Assembly (NCBI GenBank): GCA_030583725.1
Contig: CP129472.1
Span: 401,701-465,700, forward strand
Source of the DNA: a bacterium
GTDB lineage: Bacteria > Patescibacteriota > Microgenomatia > UBA8517
Reading direction: 5' to 3'
Length of the DNA stretch: 64,000 bases
Part shown: piece after piece, positions 1 to 9,811 of the stretch
Layout: each line of letters begins with the position of its first letter
Position numbering within the stretch: position 1 is the stretch's first letter
Translations under genes and position numbers: made by a program
Notes under the pieces: model-generated
The model's database searches: none
Told to the model about the DNA's origin: nothing
The model's input: only the letters and a program-made list of their open reading frames with translations

Positions 1-9
1 AATCATCAC

Positions 10-981
10 ATGCTAATTAGTGACAGGATATATGGAAAGATTGAAATTAAGGATAAAGTAATTCAAGAACTTATACTTTCCAAGCCACTGCAAAGATTAA
101 AAAAAATAAATCAACACGGTGCTCCACAATATATCCAACCTATTCGCAATGTAAACAGATTTGAACATAGCGTTGGTGTTTGGTATTTGTCCTTTCTCTA
201 CAAACGCTCAATAGAAGAACAAATTGCCTGCTTACTTCATGATGTACCCCATACTGCATTTTCCCATGCCATAGATTTTGTATTCCCAAGTGAAAAACAT
301 AACTTTCACGAAAAATTTACAGAAAAAATAATAATAAATTCAGAAATTCCAGAAATTCTTCAAAAGAATAATATTAATTTAAAAAAAGTTTTAGATGTCC
401 ACAAATTTCCACTTCTTGAAAATGACCTACCAGATATATCCTTTGACCGTTGGGACTATTTTATGAGAGATGGAACTGCACTGGGATTTTTTCCAAAAGT
501 GTTGGTTAGTGAATTTATTAAAAATGTTTTTGAAAAAGATAATAAATTTTATTTTAAAGATATTGGGCTTGCATCCACCTACTCAATTTTGTTTATGAAC
601 TTCTCAAGACTTATCTGGCTTGACCCAACCTCACATGGATCATATTTCTTAATTGCAGAATCAATGAAAACTGCCTTACAAAACAAGATTATTAATGAAA
701 ACGACCTTTTCAGCGATGATGAAGCTTTGATGAAAAAATTAAAAACTTCAAAAAACATAAAAATTGTTAACTTACTAAAGAGATTAAAAGTTGGTAAAGA
801 ATTTAGGTATTCAGAAAAAAACAAAGCCGAGTTTTATGGTCCAAATAAACCCAGATGTGTTGACCCCTTGATTTTGATAAACGACAAATTAAAAAGACTT
901 TCTAATGTTGTTCCAAATATCGGTACCTATTTTGAAGAATTTAAAACGAGCTATAAGTACCTTGGCGTAACACAGATATGA
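10..981 (+). CDS. HD-domain metal-dependent phosphohydrolase
   Basis: H..HD motif (LLHDVPHTAFSHAIDF) and HD-superfamily layout. The ORF starts 9 nt from the window edge, so the N-terminus may lie upstream. Confidence 0.55.
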   Translation: MLISDRIYGKIEIKDKVIQELILSKPLQRLKKINQHGAPQYIQPIRNVNRFEHSVGVWYLSFLYKRSIEEQIACLLHDVPHTAFSHAIDFVFPSEKHNFHEKFTEKIIINSEIPEILQKNNINLKKVLDVHKFPLLENDLPDISFDRWDYFMRDGTALGFFPKVLVSEFIKNVFEKDNKFYFKDIGLASTYSILFMNFSRLIWLDPTSHGSYFLIAESMKTALQNKIINENDLFSDDEALMKKLKTSKNIKIVNLLKRLKVGKEFRYSEKNKAEFYGPNKPRCVDPLILINDKLKRLSNVVPNIGTYFEEFKTSYKYLGVTQI

Positions 982-1259
982 TATTAATCATTCATATATT
1001 AATTGCAGTATTTAGTATTATTTACTCTGTTTTTAGCGCCTTAAAACCTTCAAAGAACTCTGTTGTGGTTTTATCTATTTTAACTTTTCTAACAATTTCA
1101 ACTGGAATTGGATTAATAGTTATAAATCCTGCAAATTTAGGAAAGTTTTGCTTATCTGGCGTCGTTTACTTGGTATTTATGTATTTCTCAGGCAAACTAG
1201 CAAGCAAGAAAAAGGCAGTTCCTATCATTTCTAAACCTTCTTCAACTGCAACACTGTAA
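978..1259 (+). CDS. small hydrophobic membrane protein (hypothetical)
   Basis: 93 aa with 2-3 predicted TM segments. It overlaps the convergent ORF 1166-1768, so one of the two may be spurious. Confidence 0.25.
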   Translation: MILIIHILIAVFSIIYSVFSALKPSKNSVVVLSILTFLTISTGIGLIVINPANLGKFCLSGVVYLVFMYFSGKLASKKKAVPIISKPSSTATL

Positions 1260-1768
1260 ACATAAAAGTCATGACCATAAGTTAAAGAGCCAACGAGTTC
1301 AAAAACTAAAACAAAAAAGTAAGATGTTGTGCCGTAAACCATTAGTTTTTTAGTTTTTAAATTTTCTTCTTTTACTATTCTTACAATAAACATCACCAAA
1401 ACAAGCAATATCACTCCTGACAAAGGAAACAGCCACGACAAATTTGAAAGCTGGCCTAAAATACCTTCACCTACTAAAGCTTGTTTAACCAAAGTGTTTG
1501 CATACTCATGAATTTCAAAAAATTCATCTAAAGAAAGAGCTATAAAGAATGTACCCAGTATGAAATTTAAGTTTATTTTTTTAAAAAACATTTTTGTCTT
1601 TAAGTAATTAACCCCTGTCATAAATGCCAGAACTACAGTAAAAAATGAGGCTAAGGTATATTTCTCATCCATATAAAAAATACTTGTATCCATACCCAAA
1701 ATCCTTACTGGATGCAAAAAAAGATGCAGGAGGACTATCAATATAGATGTCACAAATAATATGTTCAT
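1166..1768 (-). CDS. polytopic membrane protein (hypothetical)
   Basis: 200 aa with multiple hydrophobic helices and no recognisable motif. Confidence 0.35.
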   Translation of the reverse strand: MNILFVTSILIVLLHLFLHPVRILGMDTSIFYMDEKYTLASFFTVVLAFMTGVNYLKTKMFFKKINLNFILGTFFIALSLDEFFEIHEYANTLVKQALVGEGILGQLSNLSWLFPLSGVILLVLVMFIVRIVKEENLKTKKLMVYGTTSYFFVLVFELVGSLTYGHDFYVYSVAVEEGLEMIGTAFFLLASLPEKYINTK

Positions 1769-1827
1769 GGATACAGATTATAACAGAGATTTCTTGTTTA
1801 TTTAGCTTTACTGTAAAATACAGCTGA

Positions 1828-2799
1828 ATGGAAATAATAACAAAAACTGTAATTGCACTAATAACTACCGCAGTCATCATACTTGGATTAGTATGGTCTT
1901 TTTTTGGTCCAGCTAACAATCAGAAACAAGAGATTGTTCTCATAATTCCACAAGACACTGGAAAATTCAAAGTCACGGAAGAACTCTTCAACCAAGGTTT
2001 AATAAAAAACAAAAAAGGCTTTGAGTTTTTGGCTAATAGGTATTTAAAGGGGCAAGACATAAAATCTGGAGGCTACAAACTTAATTCATCATTAAACGCT
2101 TGGCAAACTATTAACAAACTTAAGGGGAAACAAGATCTTATGTGGGTTAACATTTACTTTTGTCCCAGAAAAGAGCAGGTTGGTGAAAAATTGGCTGAAG
2201 TTTTAGGTTGGGACGAAAACAAATTAGAAGACTGGAACGATTTATATAAAGATACAGATTATTATGAAGGTGTTTATTATCCAGACACCTATTTAATCCC
2301 AGTTGATGAATCCGTAGAAGATGTTTCTCAAAGATTCATAAATAGGTTTAATGATAAATTTGCCCCACTTGCCGATGAATATACATCCAAAAATATCAAA
2401 TGGACGACAAGTTTAAAAATTGCATCACTAATTGCGAGAGAAGCTGCAGGTAGAGAAGATATGAATTTAATATCAGGAATAATCTGGAACAGACTTGATC
2501 AAGGCATGAGGTTACAAATAGATGCAACTATGCAATACACACTAGGTAAAAACGAGAAAGGGAGTTGGTGGGGTGCTATTAGTTTGAAAGAAAAACAAAG
2601 TGATTCCCCCTACAACAGCTACAAAAATAAAGGTTTACCACCCACCCCCATTTGTAGTCCAAACATAGAATTTATATCAGCAGTTATTAACCCAGAAGAG
2701 ACAGAATGTCTATTTTATCTTCATGACAAAAACAAAAAAATTTATTGTAGTAAAACTTATGAAGAACACAAAGAAAACATTAATAACTATTTACGATGA
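1828..2799 (+). CDS. mltG: endolytic murein transglycosylase MltG (YceG-like)
   Basis: N-terminal TM anchor and the conserved GLPPTPI motif of the YceG/MltG family. Length about 320 aa. Confidence 0.6.
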   Translation: MEIITKTVIALITTAVIILGLVWSFFGPANNQKQEIVLIIPQDTGKFKVTEELFNQGLIKNKKGFEFLANRYLKGQDIKSGGYKLNSSLNAWQTINKLKGKQDLMWVNIYFCPRKEQVGEKLAEVLGWDENKLEDWNDLYKDTDYYEGVYYPDTYLIPVDESVEDVSQRFINRFNDKFAPLADEYTSKNIKWTTSLKIASLIAREAAGREDMNLISGIIWNRLDQGMRLQIDATMQYTLGKNEKGSWWGAISLKEKQSDSPYNSYKNKGLPPTPICSPNIEFISAVINPEETECLFYLHDKNKKIYCSKTYEEHKENINNYLR

Positions 2800-3779
2800 A
2801 ACCACAAAACACAACTATGATAAATAATTTCTGGAAAAAATTACCAAAACCATTTGTTGCACTTGCTCCCATGGAAGATGTTACTGACTTTGTTTTTAGA
2901 GAAGTTGTCTCAAAATATCTCCCAAGACCTGACGTATGTTTTACTGAATTTACGAACGTTGAAGCATTAAACTCTGCAGGTTTTGAAAGAACAATTCACA
3001 GATTTAAGTTCAGTAAAAAACAAAAACCAATCGTTGCCCAGATTTGGGGACTAAAACCTGATAATTATTACAAAACATCAAAACTAATTGCTGAACTTGG
3101 CTTCAACGGAATAGACGTTAATATGGGTTGCCCTGATAAAGCTGTTGTAAAAATTGGAGCCTGCTCTGCGCTTATTAATAATCAATCACTAGCAAATGAA
3201 ATTATTACTGCAACAAAAGAAGGTGCAGGAAAGCTACCCGTTAGCATAAAAACTAGACTTGGATTAAAAACGATTGTAACTGAAGAGTGGATTACTTTTT
3301 TACTCGAACATAAATTGGACGCAATCACGATACATGGCCGAACAGCAAAGCAAATGTCTGATGTACCAGCAGATTGGGATGAAATCGAAAAAGCCGTAGA
3401 CATTAGAAATAAAATATCACCCGAGACATTAATAATTGGGAACGGAGGCGTAAAAAATTATAACCATGGGATCGAATTATCAAAAAAACACAGAGTTGAT
3501 GGCGCAATGATTGCCACAGGGATACTCTCCAACCCTTGGGCTTTTGACAAAACCAACAAAATTAATAATTTTAACGACAACAAAGAAATTCTGATTAAAC
3601 ACTTAAATCTATATAGCAAAACAAACGAAAGCAATAAAGCATACGGAGTGATGAAAAAATTTTTTAAGATGTATATCAATAACTTTAAAGGATCAAGTGA
3701 TTTAAGAGCCTTACTTATGCAAACAAAAGATCCAGAAGAAGCAATTAAACATTTGACAAGATGGTCTAAAAAACATTAA
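2796..3779 (+). CDS. dus: tRNA-dihydrouridine synthase
   Basis: ALAPMEDVTDFVFR signature (LAPM.GVTD of the Dus family) in a TIM-barrel FMN enzyme layout. Overlaps mltG by 4 nt. Confidence 0.75.
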   Translation: MKPQNTTMINNFWKKLPKPFVALAPMEDVTDFVFREVVSKYLPRPDVCFTEFTNVEALNSAGFERTIHRFKFSKKQKPIVAQIWGLKPDNYYKTSKLIAELGFNGIDVNMGCPDKAVVKIGACSALINNQSLANEIITATKEGAGKLPVSIKTRLGLKTIVTEEWITFLLEHKLDAITIHGRTAKQMSDVPADWDEIEKAVDIRNKISPETLIIGNGGVKNYNHGIELSKKHRVDGAMIATGILSNPWAFDKTNKINNFNDNKEILIKHLNLYSKTNESNKAYGVMKKFFKMYINNFKGSSDLRALLMQTKDPEEAIKHLTRWSKKH

Positions 3780-3790
3780 TATAACTATAT

Positions 3791-4036
3791 ATGTGGGGTT
3801 ATGGAAATTACTACAATCAAGACTTTTATGGAATGGGGTTATTTAAATTTTTAGTCCCAGTTGTTATCTTTGACTTAATTTTAAGAGGATTTGCCCTCTG
3901 GAAATCAGCCAGAAAAGATCAAAATATCTGGTTTATAGCTCTACTTATTGTTAATTCAATGGGAATTTTGCCGCTTATTTACCTTGTTTTAAACAGGGAC
4001 AGTAAACCAGCTCCAAAAAAGAGTAAGGGTAAATAA
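3791..4036 (+). CDS. small membrane protein (hypothetical)
   Basis: 81 aa, two hydrophobic helices and a basic C-tail. Confidence 0.3.
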   Translation: MWGYGNYYNQDFYGMGLFKFLVPVVIFDLILRGFALWKSARKDQNIWFIALLIVNSMGILPLIYLVLNRDSKPAPKKSKGK

Positions 4037-4067
4037 CTTCAGTAAATGCCCCATAGTTGATTGACAT

Positions 4068-4102
4068 CATAATGTTAATGTGTTATTATGCTTATGTTGT
4101 GT
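4068..4102 (+). promoter_or_regulatory. sigma70-like promoter upstream of the DEAD-box helicase gene
   Basis: TTGACA, 17 nt spacer, then TATTAT, about 65 nt upstream of the ATG at 4165. Confidence 0.4.
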
Positions 4103-4164
4103 TGAAAGACTAGTTGTAACTAACTCTTACCTCTTCGGTTTTTCCCCAATAATTTTTTAACAAA

Positions 4165-5376
4165 ATGTATAAGAATTTTAAGAAAAATTCTAATGGTGGA
4201 TTTCGTACTCGCACGAATTATGGTGCAATGGGTAGACGTTTTGGAGCTGGAGGTAGAGGAAGAAATGTTAAATCGTTTGACCCTACTAGTATCATTAACT
4301 CACAAAACAATGAAATAAAGGTTGAAGTTGAAGCTTATACACCTAAAAACACGTTTTCTGACTTTAAAATTGACCACAAACTAAAACAAAATTTACTAGC
4401 CAGAAATTATACTGCCCCATCGCCTATCCAAGACCAATCTATACCTGAAATACTTGATGGTAAAGATTTGATTGGTATTGCAAACACGGGAACAGGTAAA
4501 ACAGTCGCCTTTTTAATCCCCCTTTTAAATAAAGTTATATATGACCGATCTCAAAAAGTATTAATTGTCGCTCCAACTCGAGAACTTGCAAGTCAAATAA
4601 GAGATGAATTTTACACTTTCTCTCGAGGTCTTGGTATTTACTCTGCTCTTTGTATTGGTGGAGAAAATATCAACAGACAAAAACAAGAATTAAGAAGAAA
4701 TCCAAATTTCATAATTGGAACACCTGGAAGATTGTTAGACCACGTAGATAATAGAAACTTAAATTTATCAGACTGTAGATCTGTTGTTCTAGATGAAGCT
4801 GATCATATGGTAGATATAGGATTTTTAAAAGATGTTAAATATATGATTTCTTTGCTTCATGAAAATCGCCAATCACTATTTTTCTCAGCAACAATTGATG
4901 GAAAGGTAAGAGAGGTTTTAAATAGTTTTGTTAAAAATCCAGTAACTGTATCTGTAAAAACTAGAGAAACAGCAGTAAATGTTAAGCAAGAAGTAATAAA
5001 AGTAGATAGTCCAAATAAAAAAATTGAGCAATTACAAGATTTATTAAAAAAACAAGAATTTGATAAGGTTCTAATTTTTGGAAGAACCAAACATGGAGTA
5101 CAAAAATTATCTGATGAATTATCCAAAAGAGGTTTTAAAGCTGACTGTATTCATGGAAATAAAAGACAAAGTCAAAGATTAAAAACTTTAGATCGATTTA
5201 AAAGAAACCAAATTGATATATTAATTGCAACTGACGTAGCTGCTAGAGGCTTGGATATTCCAAACGTTAGCCATGTTATAAATTATGAAGCTCCAGAAAG
5301 CTACCAAACATATATTCATAGAATTGGAAGAACTGGAAGAGCTGATAAAAAAGGTATCGCTATTACTTTTGTTTAA
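4165..5376 (+). CDS. DEAD-box ATP-dependent RNA helicase
   Basis: Q-motif/PSPIQ, Walker A GTGKT, DEAD (VLDEADHM), SAT and HRIGRTGRA motifs. Gly/Arg-rich N-terminus. Confidence 0.85.
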   Translation: MYKNFKKNSNGGFRTRTNYGAMGRRFGAGGRGRNVKSFDPTSIINSQNNEIKVEVEAYTPKNTFSDFKIDHKLKQNLLARNYTAPSPIQDQSIPEILDGKDLIGIANTGTGKTVAFLIPLLNKVIYDRSQKVLIVAPTRELASQIRDEFYTFSRGLGIYSALCIGGENINRQKQELRRNPNFIIGTPGRLLDHVDNRNLNLSDCRSVVLDEADHMVDIGFLKDVKYMISLLHENRQSLFFSATIDGKVREVLNSFVKNPVTVSVKTRETAVNVKQEVIKVDSPNKKIEQLQDLLKKQEFDKVLIFGRTKHGVQKLSDELSKRGFKADCIHGNKRQSQRLKTLDRFKRNQIDILIATDVAARGLDIPNVSHVINYEAPESYQTYIHRIGRTGRADKKGIAITFV

Positions 5377-5680
5377 AAAACCACCTTTTTAATAAATTTA
5401 ACCAAAAGTTCTCTTTATTTTCATGAATTTTCAGAAATACTGTTTTTGACCACACAGATAATATCACCCACTCTTTTTTCTCGTTTTGCTTAGCAACTAC
5501 TTCAATTCTTTGATCTCCATAGGTTTTGTAATAAACCCAAGCTCCTTGAGTTTTTGAGTATCTACTTTGATCTGGCCTATTCCAAACTGCCCAAGCATCT
5601 CCTTGTTTGATATTTCTCTCTTTTAATCTTTGAATTGCATGGTTTGTCCATATTACTCCTCCATAGTTTCGGTCTGGCAT
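5363..5680 (-). CDS. DUF4258-family small protein (toxin-like)
   Basis: N-terminal WTNHAIQRLKERNI matches the H-A-x2-R-x2-ER-x-I core of DUF4258. There is no obvious partner gene. Confidence 0.4.
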   Translation of the reverse strand: MPDRNYGGVIWTNHAIQRLKERNIKQGDAWAVWNRPDQSRYSKTQGAWVYYKTYGDQRIEVVAKQNEKKEWVILSVWSKTVFLKIHENKENFWLNLLKRWFFKQK

Positions 5681-5706
5681 ACTTTAGTAGTATACTTCAA
5701 AAAATA

Positions 5707-7239
5707 ATGTTAATAAATAAAGGCACAGAGAGTTTAATAAATGATCTAAAACTAGCTATTGAATACAACTTAAAGCAGAAGAAGGACTTATCAAAAAAAT
5801 ATCATTCAAAGTCAACTCTCGCCTTTGTATATGAAAAAGCAAGAAATGCAATTGAATATAAAGATGAACACCTAATAAGATACACAGCAACCGAAAGGAT
5901 ACTCAAGCGTCGTTTGCATTTAAATCAATCTTCAAAAAAGATATCTGCATTTCTACTTAAGGAGCTCAACTGGGCAAGATATATAGAACAATATGAAGTT
6001 AATGAATCAAATTTATTAAAAATAGAAAAAATAATTGAAAAGTACAAAAACACAATTAACACCACAGTTGATAGTAAAACCAACCAGACATTAGTTGGAC
6101 TTTGCGCTGCAGAGATAGATGAATCTATCAACTTTGACCCCATTAACCAAATAATCATTAATTATGTTGCATCGTGCTTTGAAAACCTGTTGGTCATTGA
6201 GGGGTTGGATAAACCAACAAAAAGTATGCAAATATACATTGCAACCGAGAGGGCATTTGCTAAAAATAGTGAGATTATTATTAAGCACAAATTATTAAAA
6301 GTTCTACTAAAAGATAGGAATGATCCAGTAAAACTTATTGAAACATTAACAATAGTAGACCAGCACCTAAATTATGAACATGGTAATTTAGTCAGAAGAA
6401 AAATAGTAAAACTTATCCCACCTTTTAACCTACTCAAAGACTATATTAAAGAGCATACAGACGAACTAATTGACTTAATTGAAAAACCTGATGAATTAAA
6501 TTTATCTTTAATAGGATTTCTGGAAGTTAAATATAAAGAAAACACTGATAAGGTACTTAGGGCCTCCAAAAGAAGTATTGTTTATATTTTCTTAACTAAA
6601 ATGTTGTTTGCTTTACTGATTGAAGTACCATTTGATATTCTAATGGGAAGTATTAACTACTTGGTACTAAGCATTAATATTCTTTTTCCCCCATCATTGA
6701 TGATTCTATTTAACTCACAAGTTAAGTTACCTGAAAAAGAAAACTCAGAATTAGTGATCGAAAGAATAAATAGCTATTTATATGCAGATAATCAGTCATC
6801 AGGTGCTGAAAAAATAGAGATTAATAAGACTAAAACAAAAATTGAAGAGGTCTTTTATTATATTTTCATTGTTACCTCTGGGATTTTACTGATAAGTATA
6901 ATTTATTTCTTAAACATTCTAGGGTTTAACCCAATCAATCAAATGATATTTATGTTCTTTTTAAGCGTTGTTTCATTTTTCGCATACCGTGTTCGAGAAA
7001 TCTCAAATGATTTTCTTTTAGAAGAGACTTCAAACAGTTCGCTTATTGAAACCCTAATTGATTATCTTTTCCTACCAATAATAAAAATTGGACAGTGGTT
7101 ATCAATGCAAGTTTCAAAAATAAACATACTCAGCTATATATTTGACGTAATAATAGAAGCTCCTCTTAAGACATTTATTGAGATATTTGAACAGTGGCTA
7201 CACTTTGTCAGAGTTAAGAAGGAGGAGTTCCTTGGATAG
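5707..7239 (+). CDS. membrane protein (hypothetical)
   Basis: The ORF track starts at 5635, overlapping the divergent gene. The internal Met at 5707 is a more plausible start. The C-terminal half has several TM helices. Confidence 0.4.
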   Translation: MLINKGTESLINDLKLAIEYNLKQKKDLSKKYHSKSTLAFVYEKARNAIEYKDEHLIRYTATERILKRRLHLNQSSKKISAFLLKELNWARYIEQYEVNESNLLKIEKIIEKYKNTINTTVDSKTNQTLVGLCAAEIDESINFDPINQIIINYVASCFENLLVIEGLDKPTKSMQIYIATERAFAKNSEIIIKHKLLKVLLKDRNDPVKLIETLTIVDQHLNYEHGNLVRRKIVKLIPPFNLLKDYIKEHTDELIDLIEKPDELNLSLIGFLEVKYKENTDKVLRASKRSIVYIFLTKMLFALLIEVPFDILMGSINYLVLSINILFPPSLMILFNSQVKLPEKENSELVIERINSYLYADNQSSGAEKIEINKTKTKIEEVFYYIFIVTSGILLISIIYFLNILGFNPINQMIFMFFLSVVSFFAYRVREISNDFLLEETSNSSLIETLIDYLFLPIIKIGQWLSMQVSKINILSYIFDVIIEAPLKTFIEIFEQWLHFVRVKKEEFLG

Positions 7240-7524
7240 TTTTTTAATTTCTGCTTTAATTAACTTTTCCACATCTTTACCTATTTTTTCATTTAGATAT
7301 TGAAGTAACCCTGTATCATGTGGGCTTTTGTGAAACTTGTCTAAAAACTCTGAATGATGCTCCTCTGGTAAATTACCAAGGCAACAATCAATGACAGTAT
7401 GATGGATCAAGTCTTCAACGTAAGTCCACAACTCCTGCATCTCATCATTAGAACCAGCTATCTTTTTAATTTTTTTATCAATTGTTTTAATAACAATCAA
7501 GTGGTCGTAAAATAGAATACTCAT
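7198..7524 (-). CDS. hypothetical protein
   Basis: 108 aa ORF co-directional with and abutting the next gene. No motif recognised. Confidence 0.3.
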   Translation of the reverse strand: MSILFYDHLIVIKTIDKKIKKIAGSNDEMQELWTYVEDLIHHTVIDCCLGNLPEEHHSEFLDKFHKSPHDTGLLQYLNEKIGKDVEKLIKAEIKKLSKELLLLNSDKV

Positions 7525-8456
7525 ATTTGTATTAAATTCCCTTCTGGTATATTTAGTTCATTATACTTCACGGGACCTAATGGGACATTATTTTCAGGAT
7601 CATCTACAAAGAAAAGGAGTACAGCTCCTTTTTTGTACCTTGATCCACCCAAATACTCCATCACTTCAGGACTCCCCCCAAAATGCTTACCAGTCCAAGC
7701 TGCAGGGCCTGCATCTGCAATTGCAGCAACAACCGCATTTCCATTTTTAGTATTTATTATCATTACTTTTCTATACTTATACCAATTATATAAATATGGT
7801 TGACGACTATTCCAGTCAGGTAAATATAAGGTTTGAACTACTGCATACCACTTTTCAATTTCTACCAAATCTTGATTTAAATTATCTTTTGATTTTGCAA
7901 AATAACCCCAAGCGCCAAGACCTGGAGCTATCCCTTCTTTGTAGTATGGACCGTGGTTTTCTAAAATATCTCCAGGATATCTTTTTAGGTGTTGCTCTGC
8001 TCCAATATAGCCATATGTAGTGTTTAGATGTTCTCCTTCAAGTGATGCTTTGGCAGGTATGTTTGTTACATTTTTAATAACTTGTTCCAAATGTTTTTCC
8101 TCGTCTCGAGAGAGAGGTCTAACACTTTCAGGCAACATCTGCCTCAAACTTTCTATCAAATCAGCCTGTGGTAAACTCTCACCTTCTTTTCTACCTGCTA
8201 ACTCATCCAAACTTTTCGATATCTCAGTGGGTGATGGAAGTTGACCAACACCCGTTGGAGGAGCAAGTAAAAGAGTTCCAGTTAATGCACCAGCTGAAAT
8301 TAGTTTGGCACTGTGTTGCCTGATCTGACCCAACTCAACACCTTTTTCTAATAAAAACTTGTGGGCCTTAGGATATTTTTTTTCAAAATTTACCTTAGCT
8401 TCTAAGCTTTTTAGTTTTAATAAATCTCTTAAATTATTTTGAGCAGTTTGTGGCAT
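7521..8456 (-). CDS. hypothetical protein (possible secreted/cell-wall associated)
   Basis: 311 aa. The C-terminal region is rich in W, Y and G residues (GLGAWGYF, WTGKHFGGSP). No family assigned with confidence. Confidence 0.35.
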   Translation of the reverse strand: MPQTAQNNLRDLLKLKSLEAKVNFEKKYPKAHKFLLEKGVELGQIRQHSAKLISAGALTGTLLLAPPTGVGQLPSPTEISKSLDELAGRKEGESLPQADLIESLRQMLPESVRPLSRDEEKHLEQVIKNVTNIPAKASLEGEHLNTTYGYIGAEQHLKRYPGDILENHGPYYKEGIAPGLGAWGYFAKSKDNLNQDLVEIEKWYAVVQTLYLPDWNSRQPYLYNWYKYRKVMIINTKNGNAVVAAIADAGPAAWTGKHFGGSPEVMEYLGGSRYKKGAVLLFFVDDPENNVPLGPVKYNELNIPEGNLIQI

Positions 8457-8457
8457 A

Positions 8458-9789
8458 TTAAATTATTTTTTTTAATCTTTCCAACGTTTCTTCCTTACCT
8501 AATATTATAATCGATTCATTAATTGGTGGTGTAAATTTCATACCAGTAATGGCAATTCTTAAACTCATAAAAAAGTCTCCTGTTTTAAAATTGTTTTCTT
8601 TGACAACTTCCATCAAATCTCTTTCTGCTTCAATTCCTTGCACAGCCTTACTTAAATGTTCTTTGTAACTCTCTCCAAACAATGAAGTATCAACATCTGG
8701 CCTTTCCCAAAAGAATTTTGCCAGCGTATCAATATCTGAAACTTTTGTAATTCTTTCTTTTAATAATTTTGTAATTTCTAATTTTTTAGGTTTTTCTATT
8801 TTTTTGAACTTGGGACTTAGAACTTCAAATTTTTCACATAGTTCGCTATCACTCATTCCACGAATATACTGTCCATTAAACCAATCCAATTTTTCTCTGT
8901 TAAATATTGGGTTTGATGCCTGTAAGCCAGAGCGGTCAAAATATTTGACAAATTCTTCCAAACTAAATAATTCTTTGTTATCTTTTGGTGCCCAACCCAA
9001 GAGCACAACAAAATTAAATAATGCTTCCGGTAAATATCCTTCTGCAAGTAATCCATCCACAGAGGTGCTTCCTTTTCTTTTGGATAACTTCCCACCCCCA
9101 GGATCCATAATATCTGTCAGGTGTCCAATTTCTGGAACATCATACTCTAGATACTTATAAACAAGTAAGTGAATTGGTGTAGAGGGCATCCAGTCATGAC
9201 CCCTCAATGCATGTGTTATTTTCATATCGTGGTCATCTACAACCACTGCTAAGTGATATGTGGGAAAACCATCTGACTTTAAAAGTGTTGCATCACCTAC
9301 AACAGAGGTGCTCCAAGAAACCTTTTTACCCAAAACGTAATCAGTAAAACCAATGCCTTCGCTGTCGGGAACTTTTAACTTTATAGCACCATTTGTTAAA
9401 TTCCTTTCTCTGCAAGGATCACGGAGAATACTTGAAAAACCATCTTTTTTGGCATTTTTAGCGGTACATTGGCAGTAAAAAGCATGGCCTTTATCAACCA
9501 GTTCCTTAGCGGTCTTTGTATACAGGTCAAGTCTTTCAGACTGTATATAGTATTCATCCCACTTGATATTGAAAACCTTCAAAAGTCTTTTAATATCTTC
9601 AACCCCTCCCTCCTTCTCTCTTTTTTTATCTGTGTCCTCGATTCTTAAGATAAAATCTCCACCGTTATTCTTTGCCAAAGCGTATGCATAGAAAGCAGTT
9701 CTTAAGTTACCTATATGCATTGAGCCGGTAGGACTTGGAGCAAATCTTGTTCTGACCCTATTTACCATAATTGAATTGTACCATTTCAC
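8458..9789 (-). CDS. gltX: glutamyl-tRNA synthetase
   Basis: Class I aaRS. The N-terminus RFAPSPTGSMHIGNLRTA carries the HIGH motif and KLSKRKG is the KMSKS motif. Confidence 0.9.
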   Translation of the reverse strand: MKWYNSIMVNRVRTRFAPSPTGSMHIGNLRTAFYAYALAKNNGGDFILRIEDTDKKREKEGGVEDIKRLLKVFNIKWDEYYIQSERLDLYTKTAKELVDKGHAFYCQCTAKNAKKDGFSSILRDPCRERNLTNGAIKLKVPDSEGIGFTDYVLGKKVSWSTSVVGDATLLKSDGFPTYHLAVVVDDHDMKITHALRGHDWMPSTPIHLLVYKYLEYDVPEIGHLTDIMDPGGGKLSKRKGSTSVDGLLAEGYLPEALFNFVVLLGWAPKDNKELFSLEEFVKYFDRSGLQASNPIFNREKLDWFNGQYIRGMSDSELCEKFEVLSPKFKKIEKPKKLEITKLLKERITKVSDIDTLAKFFWERPDVDTSLFGESYKEHLSKAVQGIEAERDLMEVVKENNFKTGDFFMSLRIAITGMKFTPPINESIIILGKEETLERLKKII

Positions 9790-9811
9790 GGGTTAAACTT
9801 AAAAGATAAGT

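Noticed and set aside
5635-5706. Overlap of divergent starts (ORF 5635+ with ORF 5680-)
   Set aside because: Divergent genes overlapping by 46 nt at their 5' ends is implausible. The internal Met at 5707 was taken for the plus-strand gene.
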